Positions 57,940-64,000 of a stretch of DNA of 64,000 bases are shown here, piece after piece. The stretch lies in NCBI GenBank assembly GCA_965223795.1, contig CBDCXL010000001.1:288001-352000 (forward strand). Reading direction: 5' to 3'. The notes below the pieces were generated by a model. The model had not been told where the DNA came from. It saw nothing but the letters and a program-made list of their open reading frames with translations, and did not search any database. Numbering within the stretch: position 1 is the stretch's first letter; each line of letters opens with the position of its first letter. The DNA comes from Nitrospinales bacterium (GTDB lineage: Bacteria > Nitrospinota > Nitrospinia > Nitrospinales > VA-1). The translations under genes were made by a program, and so were the position numbers.

Positions 57940-58992
57940 ATGGCGCTTGAGCCGCACAGCCGGGTTGAACTGGAAAACTGGATCGGCGCCCCGGAAGACC
58001 GGTTGCGGTCGTTGTTCGCCGAGTGGGGTGAGAAACCGTACCGGGTGCACCAGGTGTTCAACTGGGTGTACCACTACGGCGTGCGGGATTTTTTCAGCAT
58101 GACCAATCTGTCGAAATCCCTCAGGCAGAAACTGCACGAGCGCTTCCGTTTTTACCTGCCTGAAATCCAGGAAAGGCTGGTTTCCAGCGACGGCTCGATC
58201 AAGTACCTGTTCGCGCTTAGGGACGGCAATGTGATCGAAAGCGTGTGGATGCCGTCCGGACCGCGCAGGACGCTGTGCATCTCGACGCAGGCGGGCTGCC
58301 GGCTGGCCTGCTCGTTCTGCAACACCGCGACGCTGGGGCTCAAACGCAACCTGACGGCGGGCGAGATCCTGGGGCAGTACCTGAGAGTCAACGAGGATCT
58401 GGACGAGGCGGACCGCATCACCAACATCGTGGTCATGGGCATGGGCGAACCGCTGGACAATTACGGACCGCTGGTGGACGCGCTCAGGCTGATGGTGTCG
58501 CCGGAGGCGCTGCGCATCTCGACGCGCAAGATCACGGTGTCCACTTCCGGCCTGGTGGACCGCATCGATGATTTCAAAAAAGAGGGCCTCAACGTCAATC
58601 TCGCCATCTCGCTCAACGCCACGGAAAACGGGACGCGGGACGCGATCATGCCGATCAATAAAAAGTACCCGATCGAAATCCTGCTTGACTGTCTCAGATC
58701 CTATCCGTTAAAACCAACGCGGAGGTTGACGTTCGAGTACGTCCTGCTCGACGGCATCAACGACAGCGACGCGGACGCGAAGCGTCTGGCAAAACTGCTG
58801 CACGGCATTCCCAGCAAGATCAACCTGATTCCTTTCAATCCCCATGCGGGAAACGGCTACCGTCCGCCGAACGAGAAACGCATCGCCGCATTTCAGAATC
58901 ACCTGATCGCCAGGCATTATTCGGTGTTTGTGCGGAAAAACCGCGGCGCCGACGTCCTGGGCGCGTGCGGCCAGCTTGCGGCGCAGAACTGA
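57940..58992 (+). CDS. rlmN: 23S rRNA m2A2503 radical-SAM methyltransferase
   Basis: CISTQAGCRLACSFC, MGMGEP, ACGQL. Confidence 0.97.
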   Translation: MALEPHSRVELENWIGAPEDRLRSLFAEWGEKPYRVHQVFNWVYHYGVRDFFSMTNLSKSLRQKLHERFRFYLPEIQERLVSSDGSIKYLFALRDGNVIESVWMPSGPRRTLCISTQAGCRLACSFCNTATLGLKRNLTAGEILGQYLRVNEDLDEADRITNIVVMGMGEPLDNYGPLVDALRLMVSPEALRISTRKITVSTSGLVDRIDDFKKEGLNVNLAISLNATENGTRDAIMPINKKYPIEILLDCLRSYPLKPTRRLTFEYVLLDGINDSDADAKRLAKLLHGIPSKINLIPFNPHAGNGYRPPNEKRIAAFQNHLIARHYSVFVRKNRGADVLGACGQLAAQN

Positions 58993-59032
58993 TCTCTCCT
59001 GCACGGAATCCCCAACCCCGAGGACACACCCG

Positions 59033-59773
59033 ATGACCGCAGTGCCCGAAAACAACCCGGCTTCCCTGGATCTTTCCGTCGTCATTCCCGTGTACAACGA
59101 ACGGGAAAGCCTGGTGCCGCTTGAGGAAGAACTGGACAAAAATTTACAAAAACTCGGCAAGAGCCATGAAATCATTTTCGTGGACGACGGCAGCCTGGAC
59201 GGGAGCGCCACGCTGATCCGGACGATGCAGGAATACAACCCGCGCATCCGTCTCCTGCGCTTCGCCTCCAACAGCGGTCAGACGGCGGCGTTCGCGGCCG
59301 GGTTTCAGGCGGCGCGCGGCGAGGTGGTGGTGACCATGGACGCGGATTTGCAGAACGACCCCGCCGACATTCCGCTGCTTCTGGACGGCATCCGCGATCA
59401 CGACGCGGTGTGCGGCTGGCGGCACAAGCGCAACGACCCGTGGGTGAAACGAATGTCCTCGAAGATCGCGAATTTCGTGCGCAACCGGCTGAGCGAGGAA
59501 TCGATCGCCGACACGGGCTGCTCGCTCAAGGCGTTCCGCAGGGAGTGCATCCGGCGCATTCAACTGTACAACGGCATGCACCGCTTCTTCCCGACGCTGC
59601 TCAAGATGCAGGGATACAAGGTCGCGCAGGTGAAGGTGCACCATCATCCGCGGCTGCACGGGCAGTCCAAGTACAACATCAGCAACCGCCTGTTTTCTTC
59701 CTTCATGGACCTTCTGGCGGTGCGGTGGATGAAAAAAAGAAAACTGCAATATCAAATCGTTGAGGAGGAATAA
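59033..59773 (+). CDS. GT2 polyprenol-phosphate glycosyltransferase (DPM1/ArnC-like)
   Basis: VVIPVYNE, VDDGS, MDADLQND, DTGCSLK, MHRFFP. Confidence 0.92.
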   Translation: MTAVPENNPASLDLSVVIPVYNERESLVPLEEELDKNLQKLGKSHEIIFVDDGSLDGSATLIRTMQEYNPRIRLLRFASNSGQTAAFAAGFQAARGEVVVTMDADLQNDPADIPLLLDGIRDHDAVCGWRHKRNDPWVKRMSSKIANFVRNRLSEESIADTGCSLKAFRRECIRRIQLYNGMHRFFPTLLKMQGYKVAQVKVHHHPRLHGQSKYNISNRLFSSFMDLLAVRWMKKRKLQYQIVEEE

Positions 59774-60064
59774 ATGAGTCTGACCCCTTGGGTGATCATC
59801 GGTCTGGTCGGACAGGCCTGCTTTTTCATGCGGTTCTTTATCCAGTGGGTCGTTTCCGAACGGCGCGGAGAAAGCACCATCCCGCTATTATTCTGGTATT
59901 TCAGTATCGGCGGCAGCCTGATCCTGCTGTCCTATGCCATTCATCGTCAGGACCCGGTGTTCATCCTCGGCCAGAGCGTGGGTTCGGTGATCTATGTGCG
60001 CAACCTGGTTCTCATCGCCCGCAAGAAACGGTCGCTGAAGCTGGAGGCGCTGGAAAATGACTGA
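59774..60064 (+). CDS. lipid-A-disaccharide synthase N-terminal (LAB_N) domain membrane protein
   Basis: GQACFFMRFFIQW, FWYFSIGG, DPVFILGQ, YVRNL. Confidence 0.9.
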   Translation: MSLTPWVIIGLVGQACFFMRFFIQWVVSERRGESTIPLLFWYFSIGGSLILLSYAIHRQDPVFILGQSVGSVIYVRNLVLIARKKRSLKLEALEND

Positions 60065-60272
60065 ATGGCCGCTGCGGCTGACGGGGATCATCGCCCTCAT
60101 TCTGGGCGGGGTGCTGTTCGTTGTCGCGGTGAAGTACATCTCGTCCGAGTGGCCGCAGATCCTCGTCGGCGTGCTGTCGGTGTTTCTCGCGTCGCTGGGT
60201 TTCGGGCTCTGCATCATGCCGCTGGAGTCCTCCGATTCCGATTCTTCCAAGGACAATTTCCCTCCCGCCTGA
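60057..60272 (+). CDS. small two-TM protein
   Basis: two hydrophobic helices, overlaps the upstream stop. Confidence 0.65.
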   Translation: MTEWPLRLTGIIALILGGVLFVVAVKYISSEWPQILVGVLSVFLASLGFGLCIMPLESSDSDSSKDNFPPA

Positions 60273-60606
60273 CTTTTACCGGCCCGTTTCCCGGCACCGC
60301 CAAAACCGCGCAAATGCCTGCAATATTAGGGATTTCTAATTTTCTTGACTTTACAAAACCCGTATGATATTTCTCTACACTCCGAAAATATGGCCTGCTT
60401 GTTTTTTGTTGTTTTTTAGCCATTTATTAATCAATCAATTACAGCCTGGCTGTTTTGCATACTCACATTTGACTGCTTGGAACCGGCGGGAGATCTTGTT
60501 GAATTTATAAGTTCTTTCGCCTATTTCTTTCCCGGCCGGCGGCACAGGGGGCTGGAAAAGAAATCCACGTGCATTCCGCAAAATTCGGCTCAACGAGGGA
60601 GAGCTC

Positions 60607-62763
60607 ATGGAACGTTCGCACAACCCGTCTAAAGCATCGTTTATCGTCAAATCGATTTTTCTCTCCCTTCTCGTTTTCGGGCTCCTGCATCTGGCCCCCG
60701 CTTCCTTCAACCCTTCCACCTATTTCTCATCCAATCTGACTCTCTGGGACGGACCTTCCGCGGCCTGGGCCCAGGATGCCGCCGAAGAGGATTTCGGCGA
60801 CTTTGAAGAGGGCGGCGATGATTTCGGCGAGTTCGAAGAAGGCGGTGATGACTTCGGCGAAGTTGAAGAGGGCGAAGAAGGCGCAGAGGGTGAGGAAGGC
60901 GAGGAAGGGGCCGAAGAGGAAGACGATTCCTGGAAAACCGACATCGGTCTCGCCAAGGAGCATGAGTTCGAACCGTATTCCTTCTTTGGCCTCAGCAACC
61001 GCAAGTTCACCTGGGCGGCGGCGCAGCTTCACATCCTGTTCGCGTCGTTCATCCTCGGCTGCCCCATGTTCGTCGTCATCATGGAGGTCATGGGCGCGCG
61101 GCGCACCCAGGGCGTGCGCAAGGCGATCGTTCTGTCGAACGTGTTCCTCGGCGTTCTGATCGGCGTGGTCATCGGCATCACCGGCGAGATCATCGTCGGC
61201 ATCCACCACGGCGTGTTGTACGGATTGTGGGCCTGTGCGTTCGGGGCGCTGTTCGTCAGCTTCATGAACTATTTCCACAGGCTGATGAACGTGACGGCCT
61301 CGGCCATTGTCGGCGGCATCCTGGGAACGATCGTGGCCATTCCGCTGACACCGGTGGAGCACTACGAGGCTTCCGGGATCATCCTGGCGCTCATCAACGG
61401 CATCGTCGGCGGTATCCTGTCGAACCTCATCATGTTCGCCAAGGGCGACTTCAAGTTCGAGCGCCTGGCGCACGAGATCACCAAGGTCATCGGCATCTGT
61501 TACAGCTTCACGGCGCTCACCGGCGGTCTGTTCCTCCTGGTGATGCTGGTGCTGTATCAGGATTTCATCACCTATCTCGTCGCAACCTTCCCGGTCCTGT
61601 TCCTGGTGGCGTATCCCACGCTGTTCATCCTGGAAACGATCGTGATGTACATCTACGTCTATTCCTGGGATCCGCTCAATCAGTCGAACAAGAAGGGCCG
61701 CCACATCGTCACCGGCGTCATCCTCAATGTGCTTGGGCTGACGCTGCTGTGCGCGCTGGACGGTCCGGCGACCTATATGCAGACGCCTCCGGTGCCGCTG
61801 GATCAGCTGCAGAACACCAACGAATGGCAGCGCATCGCCACCTCGACCTGGATGCCGCTCAACTACCACCGCCTGGTGGGGAACGGCACGTTCGGCGGCT
61901 ACATGGTGGGCATCATCGGCGCTTACATGTATCTGTGGTCCACCAAGAAGGAAGAAAAGGAATATTACGACTGGGTGGGGTACATGGGCAACATCATCGG
62001 CGTCGGCATCATGATCCCGCTGCCGGCGATGGGCTACATTTTCGTCCGCGAGATTTACCAGTACGACGCCACCATCGGCATGTACATCATGTCCGACCGC
62101 GAATCCATGTTCATGCTGGTCCAGGGGCTGCTGGTGGGCACGATGTTCAGCGCCAGCAACATCTATATGTGGGTGAGCATGAAACGCATCGAGAACGCGG
62201 AACGGTTCTTCCCGGCGATGAAGTTCGGCTTCATATTGATCGTCATATCGGCGGCGATCTGGTTCACACCCAGGCGCTTCTTCGCCACGATGATGCCCGA
62301 ACCGGGCATGAACCCGGAAATGGTGCTGCCGGACAACCTGGCGTTCATGGCGCTCATGGTGGCCAAGAACACGGCGGCGTTCGCGCTGGTGACGGTGACG
62401 TTCATCAATTACATTTTTTACACCATCGCCACACGCACCGGGAAAGTGCACTACGGCAAGATCAACCCGCTGGGTGTGTACGTCCTCATATTCCTGGGTT
62501 TCGCGGACATCTGGCTGATGAGCTGGATGGGAACGATCCGCGAGCTGTCGCGCATGAACTGGCACATCTACAAAGTGTTCAAGGACGTGACGCCGGAGAA
62601 ATTCACGCCGACCCTGGCGGAATCCGGGTTCCACGTCACGACCATTGTCTGGACCTTCTTTATCATCATGACAGCCATCATCTGGCTGGGCATCAAGTAT
62701 CCTAAATCCAAGAAAAAGCCGGCTCCGGTTCCGGCATCCACCACGCCGCAGATGGCGGAATGA
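60607..62763 (+). CDS. cytochrome bd-like oxidase subunit (CydA-related)
   Basis: QLHILFASFILG, PLNYHRLVGN and IRELSRMNWHIY correspond to CydA heme-ligand regions; more than 12 TM helices. Confidence 0.85.
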   Translation: MERSHNPSKASFIVKSIFLSLLVFGLLHLAPASFNPSTYFSSNLTLWDGPSAAWAQDAAEEDFGDFEEGGDDFGEFEEGGDDFGEVEEGEEGAEGEEGEEGAEEEDDSWKTDIGLAKEHEFEPYSFFGLSNRKFTWAAAQLHILFASFILGCPMFVVIMEVMGARRTQGVRKAIVLSNVFLGVLIGVVIGITGEIIVGIHHGVLYGLWACAFGALFVSFMNYFHRLMNVTASAIVGGILGTIVAIPLTPVEHYEASGIILALINGIVGGILSNLIMFAKGDFKFERLAHEITKVIGICYSFTALTGGLFLLVMLVLYQDFITYLVATFPVLFLVAYPTLFILETIVMYIYVYSWDPLNQSNKKGRHIVTGVILNVLGLTLLCALDGPATYMQTPPVPLDQLQNTNEWQRIATSTWMPLNYHRLVGNGTFGGYMVGIIGAYMYLWSTKKEEKEYYDWVGYMGNIIGVGIMIPLPAMGYIFVREIYQYDATIGMYIMSDRESMFMLVQGLLVGTMFSASNIYMWVSMKRIENAERFFPAMKFGFILIVISAAIWFTPRRFFATMMPEPGMNPEMVLPDNLAFMALMVAKNTAAFALVTVTFINYIFYTIATRTGKVHYGKINPLGVYVLIFLGFADIWLMSWMGTIRELSRMNWHIYKVFKDVTPEKFTPTLAESGFHVTTIVWTFFIIMTAIIWLGIKYPKSKKKPAPVPASTTPQMAE
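60790..60873 (+). repeat. 30-bp tandem repeat (about 2.8 units) encoding acidic DFGxFEEGGD
   Basis: units start at 60790, 60820 and 60850. Confidence 0.85.
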
Positions 62764-62781
62764 GATCTGAGGAGCGAAGGA

Positions 62782-64000
62782 ATGCAGGAAAAATCATTTG
62801 GTAAAAAATTCGGAATGATCTTTGCCGGCTCTGTCGGGATGAGCGTGCTCATCTGGTTCGGCCTCGGGGCCGCGGGCGTGGATACGATCGTGCTGCAGCG
62901 CCTGGTCGGCATCGTGCTCGTGATCGCGATCTACGCGGCGCTGCTTGCGCTGCCGAAGGGCAGTGCCAAGGAAAAGGGGTTGTTCCAGAACCTCAAGTAC
63001 AAGATTCCCATTATTCTGGTGATCAGCGTCATCATCTGGTTTGCGGCCGGGAAGATGGGCTTTCCCATCTGGTGGCAGATCGAGTTTGTCGCTTTTGCTC
63101 TGGTTGGGCTGTTTTATTTCGTTTTGCTCGACTGGCGAACGCTGAAGCCGGAAAAGAGCCAGTGGCATTCCACGTTCCGCCTGATCATGACTTACGCGTT
63201 CGCATCGGTGTTGTTCATCGTCATCACGGCGCAGCTGCCGCAGTTCGACCCGCAGGTCGAGATCGACAAGCTGGACCGGCCGCCGAGGAAACTGGAAGAC
63301 GTGGCGGGTCCGGAACTGATCGCGGCGGGACGCGAGATTTTCGAGGAGAACAAATGCTTCAACTGCCACAAGGTGTTCTGGGAAGGCAACTCCGACCGCG
63401 GCCCCAACCTGGGCACGAAACAGGTCGGTCTTTATCCTTCAGACTACCTGATCGAACAGATCGTCGAACCGAGAAAAATCCAGTCGCCCGGTTTCGATGA
63501 CCCCAAATCGAAAAAAGCGATGCCGACCTATTACGGCGATGACATCGACGAGGGTTCGATGAAGGCGCTGGTGGCCTATCTGAGGACCATGCGCGATCCG
63601 ACCAACGTCCCGGTGGAAGGCAAGCTGGGCAGCCAGTGGACCTGGTGGGACGATCCCAAGATCATCGAGGAAGGCAAGATTGTGTTCGAAGGCCTGGAGC
63701 CCGCCACGGAGGGACTCAACTGCGCGGTCTGCCACGGCAAGGACGGCATCCCCATGATGACCGGGGCGCTGGACTTCCGCAACGAGAACAATCCCGACAC
63801 CGACAAGATGCCGGATCACATCGACAAGGTGATGAAGGACTGGCCGGACGAGTTGTGGTACAAGCGGGTGACCCGCGGTGTGGACGGCACTCCCATGGCG
63901 CCCTGGGGCGCGATGTTCCCGCATCTGTACCTCTGGAAAGCGGAAGTGTATGCGCGGACGTTCCACGATCCGCTCGAAAAACGCACGGAAAAACGGCCCA
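62782..64000 (+). CDS. membrane-anchored di-heme (or more) cytochrome c, cut by the window end
   Basis: own translation from ATG 62782 (MQEKSFGKK): about 5 TM helices, CFNCH at 63355-63369, CAVCH at 63721-63735, no stop before 64000; absent from the ORF track. Confidence 0.9.
   Translation, partial: MQEKSFGKKFGMIFAGSVGMSVLIWFGLGAAGVDTIVLQRLVGIVLVIAIYAALLALPKGSAKEKGLFQNLKYKIPIILVISVIIWFAAGKMGFPIWWQIEFVAFALVGLFYFVLLDWRTLKPEKSQWHSTFRLIMTYAFASVLFIVITAQLPQFDPQVEIDKLDRPPRKLEDVAGPELIAAGREIFEENKCFNCHKVFWEGNSDRGPNLGTKQVGLYPSDYLIEQIVEPRKIQSPGFDDPKSKKAMPTYYGDDIDEGSMKALVAYLRTMRDPTNVPVEGKLGSQWTWWDDPKIIEEGKIVFEGLEPATEGLNCAVCHGKDGIPMMTGALDFRNENNPDTDKMPDHIDKVMKDWPDELWYKRVTRGVDGTPMAPWGAMFPHLYLWKAEVYARTFHDPLEKRTEKRP

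Overview
GC-rich bacterial chromosomal segment (about 60% GC in a sampled coding line), mostly housekeeping. It contains murJ, thrH, an M32 carboxypeptidase, mgtE, the yceD-rpmF-plsX-fabH-fabD-fabG-acpP-fabF-rnc cluster, xerD, fbp, hisS, fur, acs, rdgB and rlmN. At the right end a cytochrome bd-like (CydA-type) subunit is followed by a membrane di-heme cytochrome c that runs off the window and is missing from the ORF track. That pair suggests a nitrite oxidiser, most plausibly Nitrospinaceae (inference). No rRNA, complete tRNA, CRISPR array or transposase was seen. Main observations: (1) a Fur-boxed, translationally coupled iron-uptake pair (cytochrome c-FTR1 permease plus a PepSY-TM/beta-propeller protein) whose otherwise unrelated members end in the same ungapped 43-residue His/Cys helical module; (2) an orphan near-consensus sigma70 promoter driving a multi-hairpin candidate small RNA at about 50630-50780; (3) three copies of a roughly 130-bp MITE-like element with terminal inverted repeats enclosing a REP-like hairpin; (4) several altered domains: a large HPr fusion, a lipoyl domain lacking its lysine, a candidate divergent enoyl-ACP reductase and a MoxR partner with YehM/VWA-like traces; (5) a single AT-rich pentapeptide-repeat gene behind rdgB. 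All family calls come from motif recognition by eye, not database searches. Several starts were moved downstream of the ORF-track start.
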